Shown: positions 47,152 through 57,389 of the stretch, in pieces | Layout of the letters: each line of letters opens with the position of its first letter | Numbering within the stretch: position 1 is the stretch's first letter | NCBI GenBank assembly: GCA_016839605.1 | Contig: JAEOTX010000039.1 | Location: forward strand, 32,001 to 96,000 | From: Candidatus Thorarchaeota archaeon | Lineage (GTDB): Archaea > Asgardarchaeota > Thorarchaeia > Thorarchaeales > Thorarchaeaceae | Reading direction: 5' to 3' | Length of the DNA stretch: 64,000 nucleotides | The notes under the pieces: generated by a model | Database searches by the model: none | Told to the model about the DNA's origin: nothing | What the model saw: the letters and a program-made list of their open reading frames with translations, nothing else | Position numbers and translations under genes: made by a program

Positions 47152-47850
47152 ATGGATGCTTGGATTAAGATCTTCGTCGTGCTTATGCTGATGTCATTGC
47201 TCAGTGTCCTCATAGGCTACGTGCTCTTTGATCCATTCGTCGGATTAATCCTAGTAGCAATTGTACTCACTTTAATGGTAGTAGCGGTGGAACCTGCTAG
47301 CGGAAAAGCAATGGCCCAGGTCGTGGTGCCCATTGTTCTCATTCTCTTCGCAATGCAGGTCTTCTTCACGCCTGGTTTCTCTTTTGATGTTGTCCAACTC
47401 ATCATCATTGCAGGGATGCTCTTCCTGATGCTCGCCATATTCACAGGTGGCGGGGGATTCGTTGATGGAGGGTTCATAGATGCGAAGGTTACATGCAAGC
47501 TCTTCCCATTCTACGGAGTGGCAATTCTGATATCAGTACTCATCGATCCGACGAGGACAATCACCGTCTACCTCATGGTTGGAACTGTCATGGGATTAAT
47601 GGTGCTCTATGGCATATTCCTTAGAGGCTATGATAAATGGCCTGAATACTCAAAATATGGGAAAATGCGTAACGTCATCGCCATGTCAGACATCAATCCA
47701 ACCGGGAAGGTGAAGGCAGGTGCAGCTATTTGGAGAGCCAGAACTGACGGCCCCCCTATCCGCGAGGGAGAAAGAGTGTCTGTTCGAGGAATCTCTGGCT
47801 TGACAATGATTGTAGGCCATGAGGTCAGTGGGGAAACTGACCAGCAATAG
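47152..47850 (+). CDS. NfeD-family membrane protein
   Basis: TM N-terminus; OB-fold P.GKVK....WRA......I..GERV.V..I.GLT; downstream of SPFH. Confidence 0.85.
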   Translation: MDAWIKIFVVLMLMSLLSVLIGYVLFDPFVGLILVAIVLTLMVVAVEPASGKAMAQVVVPIVLILFAMQVFFTPGFSFDVVQLIIIAGMLFLMLAIFTGGGGFVDGGFIDAKVTCKLFPFYGVAILISVLIDPTRTITVYLMVGTVMGLMVLYGIFLRGYDKWPEYSKYGKMRNVIAMSDINPTGKVKAGAAIWRARTDGPPIREGERVSVRGISGLTMIVGHEVSGETDQQ

Positions 47851-47883
47851 TATTTTCTAGAAAGGGTCGGTTCCATCCGACCC

Positions 47884-48735
47884 TCACTTATTCTTCAGTA
47901 CCTCTTTCAGAAGCACCCAGACAAGGGACAATCCAAATAGGAAGCCAAATACCGTTGTAATGCCCCATTCAATCTGGAATATCTCCACCATATTCACAGG
48001 TTCTATGGGATAGACTGGAAACATGACGAATGCTACTATATTCCAGGCATAATGGAACGCGATTGGAACCCAGAGTCGCTTCCCCGACCAATAATAGCTA
48101 TAGCTCAGAACCACTCCTCCAAGAAAGAGGTTGAAATTAAATATCAGAATCAAATGAAATGGAATAGAGCCCAGTGGAAGCCACCAGCTAAAGTGGAGCA
48201 AAGCAAACAGGGTCGATGTTCCAAGAATTGCGAAAGTTCGTCCTATAACCTTCTCCATTCTAGTGGTGAGATAGCCACGGTATACAATCTCCTCAAAGAG
48301 CGCCACAGGGATGGTGAATATGATCTGATTTGCAATCAAATCGCCGGTTACTTCACTCGCAGGACGGATGTCACCTCCAAATAACAGTGCAACTATATAG
48401 ACTAGAGCTGCAGCCACTGTGCCAGCTACCAAACCAATAATGAGATGATGTATTGTTTTGTCATCAGTCTGGAGACCCAGACTTGTTACATCACCACTAC
48501 GCTCCCAACGCATGAACAGAATCACAGCCAAATACATCAAGAGGTAAAGACCAAAGAATTGGACTGTGCCAATGAGACTTCTTGTCATAGCATCCATCGA
48601 AGATGTCATAATCGATATTGTTTCATGAAGGAGGTGGATTAGTAAGAGCGCCAAGGAAAAAAGCAGAACTCGTATTGGACCCAGATTATTCGTTTGTATA
48701 CTATTGGCTCCCATATGTCGCCCAACGCTTTTCAC
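47884..48735 (-). CDS. CPBP (Abi/CAAX protease) family intramembrane metalloprotease
   Basis: EEIVYRG, FALLH, HYAWN; start uncertain. Confidence 0.9.
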   Translation of the reverse strand: MKSVGRHMGANSIQTNNLGPIRVLLFSLALLLIHLLHETISIMTSSMDAMTRSLIGTVQFFGLYLLMYLAVILFMRWERSGDVTSLGLQTDDKTIHHLIIGLVAGTVAAALVYIVALLFGGDIRPASEVTGDLIANQIIFTIPVALFEEIVYRGYLTTRMEKVIGRTFAILGTSTLFALLHFSWWLPLGSIPFHLILIFNFNLFLGGVVLSYSYYWSGKRLWVPIAFHYAWNIVAFVMFPVYPIEPVNMVEIFQIEWGITTVFGFLFGLSLVWVLLKEVLKNK

Positions 48736-48891
48736 ACCTAAATCTCATCCGGTAAGACCCGGTAGGACACACAAGAAGGGTATACATATTGCGAAATTTA
48801 ATAACTAGGCGTGGCTCTTCGAACTTAATGGTGGAAACTAGGCATTGCAAATGACTAGTGCTCATCCTATGATGATTCGCGCCACGGAGGA

Positions 48892-50190
48892 TTGCTCTTG
48901 TCAGAAACAAGACGTCTGTTGCTGGAGTTTGAAACGGAAGAAGTTGGAATCCGTGCTTCAAAGGACAAAAGAGTGAAAAAAGCACTCGTAGGTGCTTTTT
49001 CCGATGCCTCAGACGTCGTGAGAGAACGGGCGCTGTTGGCGGCTATTGATGTTGGCGACCCAACTATTGTCATAGACATAATCAAAGCCATGACGGACGA
49101 GGAGGAGAGTGTGAGAATCGCCGCCGCCCAAGCCCTAGCATTCTACCACCAGCCAAGAACAATTCCGGACTTGCTGAAGGGACTGCAAGATATCAATACA
49201 TGGGTTAGATCTCATTGTGCAGCAGGACTCTCGAAACTTCTGAATGGACCAATATGGGCAAGAATTGAGTCAAGTGATATCGAGGAACTTGTTGCAGGCT
49301 TTCCAGAAATGGATGATGGCGCCATTCGATCAAAGCTGAAGAAGATAAGCGTGGACTCTGACGCAGTTGACAGATACATGAATTGGCGATCAAAGGACTT
49401 CGACATAGAGATTGATGTTACTGATTTCGTCAGGGAATTGGAGGAAACAGCAATAGTAATGGAAGGCGTCGCTGAAGCCTCAGCAATAGCACCACCAGAT
49501 GAGGCTGCGAGAAAAACTACAGGCCTCTCAGCTGAGGTCGAAGAGATTCTGAGTGAACTGCCGGAGGACCTCCGTGAAACCCTTCCTGAAGAGGACCTTA
49601 GAAGACTTACTCCTGAAACTGCAAGAGAACTCGTCACATCATTGACGACCGCTGTGCCTTCGAAGAAGCCCGATGAGAAGCCGAAGAAGAAAGCAGTAAA
49701 GGTCAGGAAAGTGAAAAAGGTTCGAAGGAAGAAGAAAGGACCAAGCAGACAAGAACTTATCGAGAAGATTCCAGACGAGGTCAGGGAATCAGTTTCCGAT
49801 GATGTTCTAAAGACACTGACCTATGAAGAGCTTGAAGCTCTGATAGCATCCACAACTGAGGCCGCAGCTCCTGATGTCGAGGAGCCGCCCAAGAAGCTGA
49901 CGAAGAAGGAAGAGATAATTGAAACGCTTCCGCCAGAAGTGCGAGAATCAGTTGGCGATGGAAAATTAAAGAGGATGACTATCAAAGAGATTGAGGAGCT
50001 TGCCACTACAGCTAGTATGAGTGATAAGGAACGCCGACTTCAGGAGTTCACTGAAAAATACGGCGAAGAGAAAGCAAATGTTCTCGCGGGTGTACCTGAT
50101 GAAATGCTGACAGGCATCCCCGAAGAACAGATCCATGAAATGGACCTTGATACCCTAAAGGCGCTTGTACAGGCTCTGGAACACACCTAG
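48892..50190 (+). CDS. HEAT-repeat protein with four C-terminal ~32-aa helical repeats and a Lys-rich linker
   Basis: D....VR..A HEAT_PBS-like units; repeated LP.EVRES.....L..LT..E...L. Confidence 0.85.
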   Translation: MLLSETRRLLLEFETEEVGIRASKDKRVKKALVGAFSDASDVVRERALLAAIDVGDPTIVIDIIKAMTDEEESVRIAAAQALAFYHQPRTIPDLLKGLQDINTWVRSHCAAGLSKLLNGPIWARIESSDIEELVAGFPEMDDGAIRSKLKKISVDSDAVDRYMNWRSKDFDIEIDVTDFVRELEETAIVMEGVAEASAIAPPDEAARKTTGLSAEVEEILSELPEDLRETLPEEDLRRLTPETARELVTSLTTAVPSKKPDEKPKKKAVKVRKVKKVRRKKKGPSRQELIEKIPDEVRESVSDDVLKTLTYEELEALIASTTEAAAPDVEEPPKKLTKKEEIIETLPPEVRESVGDGKLKRMTIKEIEELATTASMSDKERRLQEFTEKYGEEKANVLAGVPDEMLTGIPEEQIHEMDLDTLKALVQALEHT

Positions 50191-50197
50191 TCTATAG

Positions 50198-51478
50198 CTA
50201 CTCCGACCCTCGAATGACAATCGCAAACTCACTAGCCAGCTTGCCATACCATTCCAAAAGATCTCTCATATTGTCTACATGACGATAGGTTCCATTTCCG
50301 TACTGTGCCATAGCAAGCATTAATTCTTCGTCTATCTCGCTTCGCTCTCCTAGACCGATAGTGTATATCACTAGACTGGCGGTGTTCTTGAATCGCTCTT
50401 TCAAAATCTTGAGTGGAGCAGGTCCGGATGTGGTCATACCATCGGTCATCATAATGAGCATCGTCGGCTTAGTCGGGTCTCCAAATGCATCAATGATGTC
50501 CGCAGCTCGAATGAGAGCAGTACCCATGTCAGTAAGAGTACCTCCTTCTTCGATTTTGTCCACTACATGTGTGCTAATGATTTGAAGACCAAGAGCCTTT
50601 TCTCTTCCTGTACACTCAACGAATGGCTGGACTTCACCGGTTTCCGAACTCAAGAAAGTCATCTCAGTAACTTCCTTCTCGAAAGTCACGACACCAACTT
50701 TCTCACCATAACCTCTGCCAACCTTTTCAGCTAGGTAAAGAAGAACAGCCATGGCTGCAGCCTCACCTCTACTTACGTTTGTCCCTTCCTTGAAACGATC
50801 TAGAAATGCTTGGACCTCGGGATTATCTCCGGCAAGGTCTTTGAGTCCCTCACGTGCATGAGCTATGTCCTGAACGGGGACATCAGTCGTTTTCATAGAT
50901 CCGCTTGTGTCAATGCATAATACAGCATTAAAAGGAGTGGCAATGCCTATAGTTTTGAATTGATATCCAGTCCTTTCCTTGAGTGCCTCAAACGCTAGCT
51001 TGGCAAACCTCTTTCCTGAGAGAGCAGGACGAGTTGTCATAATCTCGACTTTCACATTCAACTCTGGCCAGATGAATGACATGCCCGGATATACGAGACG
51101 TCCACCAATGAGCTTCTCCAAAGACTCGACTTGTTCAGCAGCCCGCGTGACAAGATCTTCGGTACTTGCATCCTCAGTCAGTGGTTTAAGGCCAAATTCC
51201 ACATACTCGAGCGCAGTCATGTCCTCATCATACAGTGTCACTTCTATGCCGGAGTCGCCTTCCATTAGTAGTGAAGCCTCAAGGACCAATGTATCAATCC
51301 TAATTCTATCATCTGGAACTCCATCGTTGATTCTTATTTGAGCCGCACCCCAAAACGAAGAGGCAGGGTCCTCAAACACAACAATCGATCCCAGTTCAGC
51401 ATTCAGCTTTTTAGCAGTCTTGGGATTGAGTACTGCGTAGCCTCGGAGGTCTCCGCCATCATCAATCTCCAGTTTCAC
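50198..51478 (-). CDS. Cdc48-N-like domain + vWA domain protein (intact MIDAS)
   Basis: GYAVLNP..AKKL..ELGSIV...DRIRID (double-psi barrel), GRLVYPG..VEIMTTRP (second N-subdomain); DTSGS, T, MTDG. Confidence 0.8.
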   Translation of the reverse strand: MKLEIDDGGDLRGYAVLNPKTAKKLNAELGSIVVFEDPASSFWGAAQIRINDGVPDDRIRIDTLVLEASLLMEGDSGIEVTLYDEDMTALEYVEFGLKPLTEDASTEDLVTRAAEQVESLEKLIGGRLVYPGMSFIWPELNVKVEIMTTRPALSGKRFAKLAFEALKERTGYQFKTIGIATPFNAVLCIDTSGSMKTTDVPVQDIAHAREGLKDLAGDNPEVQAFLDRFKEGTNVSRGEAAAMAVLLYLAEKVGRGYGEKVGVVTFEKEVTEMTFLSSETGEVQPFVECTGREKALGLQIISTHVVDKIEEGGTLTDMGTALIRAADIIDAFGDPTKPTMLIMMTDGMTTSGPAPLKILKERFKNTASLVIYTIGLGERSEIDEELMLAMAQYGNGTYRHVDNMRDLLEWYGKLASEFAIVIRGSE

Positions 51479-51563
51479 CGTCTTGGTGATATCATTCTCC
51501 TCCTATTGTAAGATGTTTAACTCTTCTTCAGATTCATTATAAAGAATTGTGCCGGATGGTTTG

Positions 51564-53072
51564 CTACGCTAGTAGCTTCAATACCTCTCTAGTTAGGTCT
51601 AGCGCCGTCTTGCTCTTAATAGGATTTGTATTGATTGCTTTAGAGAACGTGGAGTTAATCTTTTGAGTCCCAAACTCAAGGCTATCTAGAGCATCTTCAC
51701 CCTTTGTACCAAGCACTGTACAACTCGTTATGGTCCCAGGTCCCCTTTTGACCCAAAGGTGTACTTCTGTGACACCTCTCCGAACACCAAGAGAAATAAT
51801 GTACGAGTCAAAGTAAATGCCGTTGTGTCCACCAGAACTCATAGATTCCATTTTTGGCCAAGTATGCTTTGGTGGTATCATATAGTCAACAGAAGTGATA
51901 TCCCATCCTTCGCCGGCAATCAATTTCATTAAAGTATCCTCAAGCGTAGCAATAGCGTCGCTCTCGCAACCTATACATACTACTGCTTGTGGAGCACGCT
52001 CTGTAGCCCTTTTTGTCCCAAAAGGACGATTCACCAGGGATAGCGCATTTCCACCGAGTATTCTTTGAGCATCCTCTAGTCCTCCAGGAAAATCGCGTGA
52101 TAGAAGATGGAGAATTAGTTCTGCAGCTTGCACTGAAAGAAAGGTGTAGTCAGATCCGAAGAGCAGGTTTTCTGACCAACTCCCCAGAGTTGTCTTCAAC
52201 CGATCGCTCGACATCTTCAAGAGAACCGGCACATCCTTGTCATGGAGAGTAGAGGTTTCTCCGTAGATAGCAGGGTCTCTCAAGATGTCATAGAGCTTTG
52301 TACTTCCTGGACTCATGGCGCAGTGTGCAAGGATCACACTCAATCCCCGCATGGCATTCTCGTATTTTTCATCTTGCCTCATAGAGACCACGAGGTCTCT
52401 GATCCTCTCAGCTGTCCGAATGTTCCTAGTATCCAATATCACTGGAATGCCTAGTTCTCCTGCTCTAGCAACGACATCCTTCACATAATCGGCCTCGATA
52501 TCCTCCAAAAACAGTTGGGCAAGAGGGTGGAGCTTCAGCCCTCTAAGTCCTAGCTCTCCTATTGCTCGATCTAGTTCCCGAATTGGCCGGTTCGGCGATC
52601 CCTCGAGGGCATCCTTTGGATCTACCCTCGCGAAACCAATAAGTCTAGAGGAATGCGGCGCGCGAGATGTCCATGCCGCTATCTTGTCATTTGAAACGTA
52701 GAACGAAGGTTCATCAGGAGACCTACTCTTCGAGTAGTCATCAGTATAAGGAAACACGATCGTTCGGTCCACAAGCCATCCGTGATTCATTCGCGACCAC
52801 TTATCTTTGGTCGTGAATATTCTCTCAGGCAATTCGGGCGCAACAATCCTGATAGGCTCATAGAGCAGGCTGTCTTCATTCATCATTTTTTCAGTCATTC
52901 GCTGCATCTCAAACCACAGCAGCGCGTAGAATTCGTAGGCTCCAGAAGGGGTGTTCCGATGGCTCTTCTCTTTGCCCATGTGGTGATGAGCATCAACAAT
53001 GTAAAGCCTGAACTCCTCTCCCTTAGCAATTCCTTTCTCCGGAATGTCTTGAAGTGCACGAACAACCAACAT
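51564..53072 (-). CDS. amidohydrolase_2 family metal-dependent hydrolase with C-terminal extra domain
   Basis: DAHHH, GLKLHP, ILAH, FGSD, ILGGNA. Confidence 0.88.
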   Translation of the reverse strand: MLVVRALQDIPEKGIAKGEEFRLYIVDAHHHMGKEKSHRNTPSGAYEFYALLWFEMQRMTEKMMNEDSLLYEPIRIVAPELPERIFTTKDKWSRMNHGWLVDRTIVFPYTDDYSKSRSPDEPSFYVSNDKIAAWTSRAPHSSRLIGFARVDPKDALEGSPNRPIRELDRAIGELGLRGLKLHPLAQLFLEDIEADYVKDVVARAGELGIPVILDTRNIRTAERIRDLVVSMRQDEKYENAMRGLSVILAHCAMSPGSTKLYDILRDPAIYGETSTLHDKDVPVLLKMSSDRLKTTLGSWSENLLFGSDYTFLSVQAAELILHLLSRDFPGGLEDAQRILGGNALSLVNRPFGTKRATERAPQAVVCIGCESDAIATLEDTLMKLIAGEGWDITSVDYMIPPKHTWPKMESMSSGGHNGIYFDSYIISLGVRRGVTEVHLWVKRGPGTITSCTVLGTKGEDALDSLEFGTQKINSTFSKAINTNPIKSKTALDLTREVLKLLA

Positions 53073-53216
53073 CTAAATGCGGCCTCGGATAATGGAGCCT
53101 ACTGCCTTGTGAGAGATAAAGTATTCCTTCATAGACAGAGGCAACAAGTGCCTCTACGTCAGGCATATATCCTAACATGAGATGAAGGAGAATAGAGTCG
53201 CTGGGAGCATGAATCA

Positions 53217-55877
53217 ATGCTAGTTGTCGAAGACACTGCAGAGGGCGAAGTGAAGCGCTTTCTATTGGTAGATGCGCTCATACAGCTAGGTGAGGTTCAA
53301 GCAGGTTCACAAAGCAGAGTCTTTGATCCAAACAGGGTTCTCTCGTTCTATAACATGGTTGAGAATCAGCTACACGACTACTCAAGCAAATATCCTGAAG
53401 CTTTCAAATATATCCCAAGAAGAGCCTATGTATACCTCAAGAGACCTCCTATTCTTAGTGAGCTATATCATGATGTCTCTTCTTCAGACACAGGCTGGTT
53501 TGTAGATCTTTTTGCAGTTAGGCCACTCTTAGGTGTGGGAGAAACGAAACTGCCTCTCGACCAGCGTAAGAACAACATCATTCGCACAGAGAACTGGAGT
53601 GTCACACCACCCTTCAGCTCAAGGCTATATCGACTTCAGGATATGAGATATGGGAGTCGAGCTCGGAAAGGGTGGGGCGCTGTAATGAGTGCATTGGATC
53701 TTAAAGAGACTTTGAGAAACGATAATCGACCAGATCTCTTGAGGTATTTTAAATCTCAATTGCCGCTGCTAATCGAGATGGAGCAGAAAGAAGATCTTGA
53801 CTTATTGATGGAATGGCTGGTTTTTCTAAAAGATGCGGGACTTGAGGCGCCTCCCACACTTTTCTCTGTCCGGAATCATAAGTCTTGGAACTCGGAGATT
53901 ATGCGGCTTCTACAAATTCCCAACTCCAGATTGCTACTTGCTGGTGCTACAATCACATCATTATCAGCATTAGTGAAGCACTTTCGAAACTCATCGGGCG
54001 GTCCTGAGTGGTCCAAGAAGTTTGTCTTTGGAAGTGCATATCCTGAAACCCAAAAAGGAGATAGCATATCGGAGATTCTCAGCTATCTTTTGAGTAATAA
54101 CCTTGGAGCAACTCCTGAAGAAGTGCAAAGGATTCTTGGAGGTAATCTTCTCAACATGTTTCCTCCTAGACCGCCATACTACGAGTATGTGGACAACACC
54201 TCCAGCGTAATTGCAGAAGGACTGATTGGAAAGGCAGCACTAAGTGAGCTGTCAAGAATCTTCAGAATCCTGGCAGCACGAAAACTCCAGATAATTGAGT
54301 CCTTTGATTATATGATAACCAACGAAGGTGGTGAAGTTCACCTTAATGATTCGATTTTGACTGTCCGAAATCCAATATCAACGACTGCTAACACTATCGT
54401 GCTGCTAAACGATCCGGATGAATCACTTGTTGTTACCGGTTGGAGAAAATCTCTCACTAAGAAATCAATGGGGAGAAGAGCAGATCCGCTCACATCTCTA
54501 GCTCAAGCCGCCGCTAGATCAGATGGCTCGATACTGGACTCGCCATCAGACATAAACCGATTCAACTACGCCCTCTTAGACTGTCTCAAAGTAAAGAACA
54601 TCCAGGAGATTCTTTCAGCTCTTCATTTCAAGCTTAATATGTCGGGCACAAAGAACGGAGTCCTGTTGATGTCAGAAGATGACATGAAAGCTGTGGGTGT
54701 AGCAAATGGCGATTTAGTATTGGGTATGGATGCTAAGGAGGGGCAATGGTGGGCAGGGCATTCAGAACTAGATGCCGATTGCCCTCAACGAACAGTCTGC
54801 GTTTCACAGGATGATGCCCACTTTCTTGGACTCTCTGAAGAATCAGTAGTGGACATTGTCAAGAGTGAAGGCAAAATCAAGAATTTGGATAGAGCGGTCT
54901 TTGCACTGGAATCAACAGGGGGATTCTCAAGGGCGGAACTTCTATCATATGCATACCTGCATGCGGACAGACTGCAAGAAACTCTAGATGGTCAAATCCT
55001 AGGCAAGGGAACCTCTATCTGGATCAATGGCCGGGATGCAGGCGCTTGCATGACACTCACACATTCAGTCCCATCCCTAGAATCGGGTGAACTAGCGAGG
55101 CTCCCAGGCGACTCATTGGAGTTCAGACCCTCTCAGATGTTCAGACCATTTAACATGATTTTAGCCATATCAACAGATAGTGGGATGCGTGTGCAAGACA
55201 TTGAACTCAAGACTATCCAGTCTTTGAAGCGCAGGCTAAGTACACTTGTTTCAGTAGTTCCGGAGATTGATGAGCTGCTATCTGGTCTGGGAACTTCGAT
55301 AACTAGAATGGATATGGCAACGCTTGCCGCTTTGCTATTGATTCAGAGTCTGTCTGGAAATCGGTCTGAGGGATCACTAGGCATTGTCACAGTTTCCGAG
55401 TCGCCCACTAAGTTTTCAATTCAAAAAGGAGAGATTATTCAGACTAGCATGCGGTTCTCTAATGACTTTGCGTCTGAAGATGTGCTAGTGTCAATCCTCT
55501 ATTCATTGTTGGATAGCTCTCGTGATTTTGGAGGTTCAGCTAGACTATCTGGGGCATTCAGGGTCATAGCTGAATTCCTAGAAGACTTTGGATCCGAAAT
55601 GCCAACTCTAGTTGTGTTGATGGCCAATCTAGGCAACGAAACCTTTGAAGATGTGAAACCTTTCCTCCAAGCAATAGGGCCCAGAGATAGATACCAAATA
55701 GAAATCCTCAACCTTGGACAAGAAGCTCATAAGCTTGGTCCTGAATTTAAAGACATCAATGTCAAAGTTCACCAAATGACTAGTTTTGCGGCCGATGTTT
55801 TTGAGGGATACTTGGCTAATGTCATTGAAAATCTAGTACCCGGAAATCTTGACCGTTCTACTTCTGACGAATTCTGA
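53217..55877 (+). CDS. fusion of inactive amidohydrolase + linker domain + Cdc48-N-like + degenerate vWA
   Basis: Collinear similarity to 51564-53072 (LVDA, WS..FGS.Y, QRILGGN, S.DYMI) and then to 50198-51478 (PFN.VL....S.M...D); metal ligands lost. Confidence 0.75.
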   Translation: MLVVEDTAEGEVKRFLLVDALIQLGEVQAGSQSRVFDPNRVLSFYNMVENQLHDYSSKYPEAFKYIPRRAYVYLKRPPILSELYHDVSSSDTGWFVDLFAVRPLLGVGETKLPLDQRKNNIIRTENWSVTPPFSSRLYRLQDMRYGSRARKGWGAVMSALDLKETLRNDNRPDLLRYFKSQLPLLIEMEQKEDLDLLMEWLVFLKDAGLEAPPTLFSVRNHKSWNSEIMRLLQIPNSRLLLAGATITSLSALVKHFRNSSGGPEWSKKFVFGSAYPETQKGDSISEILSYLLSNNLGATPEEVQRILGGNLLNMFPPRPPYYEYVDNTSSVIAEGLIGKAALSELSRIFRILAARKLQIIESFDYMITNEGGEVHLNDSILTVRNPISTTANTIVLLNDPDESLVVTGWRKSLTKKSMGRRADPLTSLAQAAARSDGSILDSPSDINRFNYALLDCLKVKNIQEILSALHFKLNMSGTKNGVLLMSEDDMKAVGVANGDLVLGMDAKEGQWWAGHSELDADCPQRTVCVSQDDAHFLGLSEESVVDIVKSEGKIKNLDRAVFALESTGGFSRAELLSYAYLHADRLQETLDGQILGKGTSIWINGRDAGACMTLTHSVPSLESGELARLPGDSLEFRPSQMFRPFNMILAISTDSGMRVQDIELKTIQSLKRRLSTLVSVVPEIDELLSGLGTSITRMDMATLAALLLIQSLSGNRSEGSLGIVTVSESPTKFSIQKGEIIQTSMRFSNDFASEDVLVSILYSLLDSSRDFGGSARLSGAFRVIAEFLEDFGSEMPTLVVLMANLGNETFEDVKPFLQAIGPRDRYQIEILNLGQEAHKLGPEFKDINVKVHQMTSFAADVFEGYLANVIENLVPGNLDRSTSDEF

Positions 55878-56148
55878 TAGACTCTATTGTGGAGATTCGT
55901 GTTTCTAAGACATCAACCTCCACTTCAGCTGCGTCTATCACATGGCCGATTTCTTCTATCGCATTAAAGAGATCACGAATACTTGAGCCGTCTATCCGTT
56001 CTGCCTCAGCAGCTGCAATAGACAGAGCCTCTTTAACTCCCCGTAGCCGTGTATCAATCTCCTCGATGATACACAGTGCTTCCTCCAATCTACCTATTGC
56101 AGGGGGAGTTTTTAGACCCTCTGACATTAACCCCACATCCAAATTCAT
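55858..56148 (-). CDS. small coiled-coil / helical-hairpin protein
   Basis: Heptad pattern; ATGA overlap with the upstream gene. Confidence 0.65.
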   Translation of the reverse strand: MNLDVGLMSEGLKTPPAIGRLEEALCIIEEIDTRLRGVKEALSIAAAEAERIDGSSIRDLFNAIEEIGHVIDAAEVEVDVLETRISTIESIRIRQK

Positions 56149-57389
56149 TCAAGTAGCTGAGTAGCACGTTCCTCAATCTTTCCGAGTCGCGAAGATAGTT
56201 CTTCAAGTCTGTCAAGCATATGACCAAGCTTGTTGCGCAGCATCCCAACAGCTGCGCCCTCATCTCCACCAAAATCACCTGTCATCATTTCTGACTTCTG
56301 CTGTTCTGCTAGAATTTGAGCTTGGTTCTCAACCAACTCAAGTCTCTCGATAATATCCTCAACTGGAAATTTCTCCATACGAATTCTAAGATCATCAACC
56401 AATTTAGTAAGAGCCTCGGCCGCTATTCGCTCTTCCTCGCTCACAATCGGTCTGACTGGTTCTGTGAGAGAGAAGGATTGCTTCACTCCCTCCATTATGC
56501 CTCCACGGGGTTTGCTCACAATTACCTCGCGCGTTCTTGCTGGAGGGTGAATTCTATCACCTCTCTCGAACCAAGCTGGCACTATGAACTTCCGAGTGAT
56601 ATCTTCTAGGTCTGTGTCCAAGAGTATCGCGAAAGTAGCTAATTCTCGCGAATTATCCCATATTGCTAGTTCAACCAAATCTTCTTTCCTGAAAATCGCT
56701 GTGGCTACTCCTAGATTCAAATCCTCGAACACAGGTAGGTCAATCAACCAACGACTGAATAAAAGAGCAAAAGCTGGAATCTGCCTTAGCTTGCCACAGC
56801 GAAGGGCAATTTGGTATTCATCTTCCGGCTGCTGAACAGCCTGCTTTATCCATATCGATGTGTTGAATTTTCTACCTGGAATGCTCAGACTGAGAACCTC
56901 CGCGGCCTCCCATTCAATGGCATCAATTCTCAGTTGCTCAATGTAATCCAGATTGGGCTCCTCGAATTCGGGAGAGAGTTTCTCTCCAAGGAGATACTTC
57001 AGCACAAGACGAATGATATCCTGTGGAGTGTAGTCACGCAGCCAAATCGTTGTTGCAAGCTTAGCTCGGCCCGGAGCACGTGCATCATCTGAGAGTACAA
57101 CAACTAGCTTCGATGATTCCAAGCCCGGCTCTCCAAGAATGAAAATGCCTGTTCTCCCAGGAGCATCCATGGCACGGTCAGCCATCAAATGTACAGCTTC
57201 ATGGGTGGGTTCAATGTAATTCTCCTGATTGAATTTCGAACTTGATGACTCTTGGAGCCCCTTAACCAATAGCCCCTCCTCAACCCAGCCTGATTTCAGG
57301 CCCTTCTCTGGCAGCTGAGAAATTAGATATCCTAGGACCTCGCTGCTGCTATACATTGCCTGAAGTCTGGTTATTGCTTCTTCGTTCAC
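56145..57389 (-). CDS. hypothetical protein with C-terminal coiled coil
   Basis: 414 aa; 4-nt overlaps with both neighbours; C-terminal heptads. Confidence 0.75.
   Translation of the reverse strand: MNEEAITRLQAMYSSSEVLGYLISQLPEKGLKSGWVEEGLLVKGLQESSSSKFNQENYIEPTHEAVHLMADRAMDAPGRTGIFILGEPGLESSKLVVVLSDDARAPGRAKLATTIWLRDYTPQDIIRLVLKYLLGEKLSPEFEEPNLDYIEQLRIDAIEWEAAEVLSLSIPGRKFNTSIWIKQAVQQPEDEYQIALRCGKLRQIPAFALLFSRWLIDLPVFEDLNLGVATAIFRKEDLVELAIWDNSRELATFAILLDTDLEDITRKFIVPAWFERGDRIHPPARTREVIVSKPRGGIMEGVKQSFSLTEPVRPIVSEEERIAAEALTKLVDDLRIRMEKFPVEDIIERLELVENQAQILAEQQKSEMMTGDFGGDEGAAVGMLRNKLGHMLDRLEELSSRLGKIEERATQLLE

Noticed and set aside
46289-48735. SPFH-NfeD pair with a convergent CPBP protease as a novel system
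   Set aside because: SPFH-NfeD linkage is widespread and known; CPBP adjacency may be incidental
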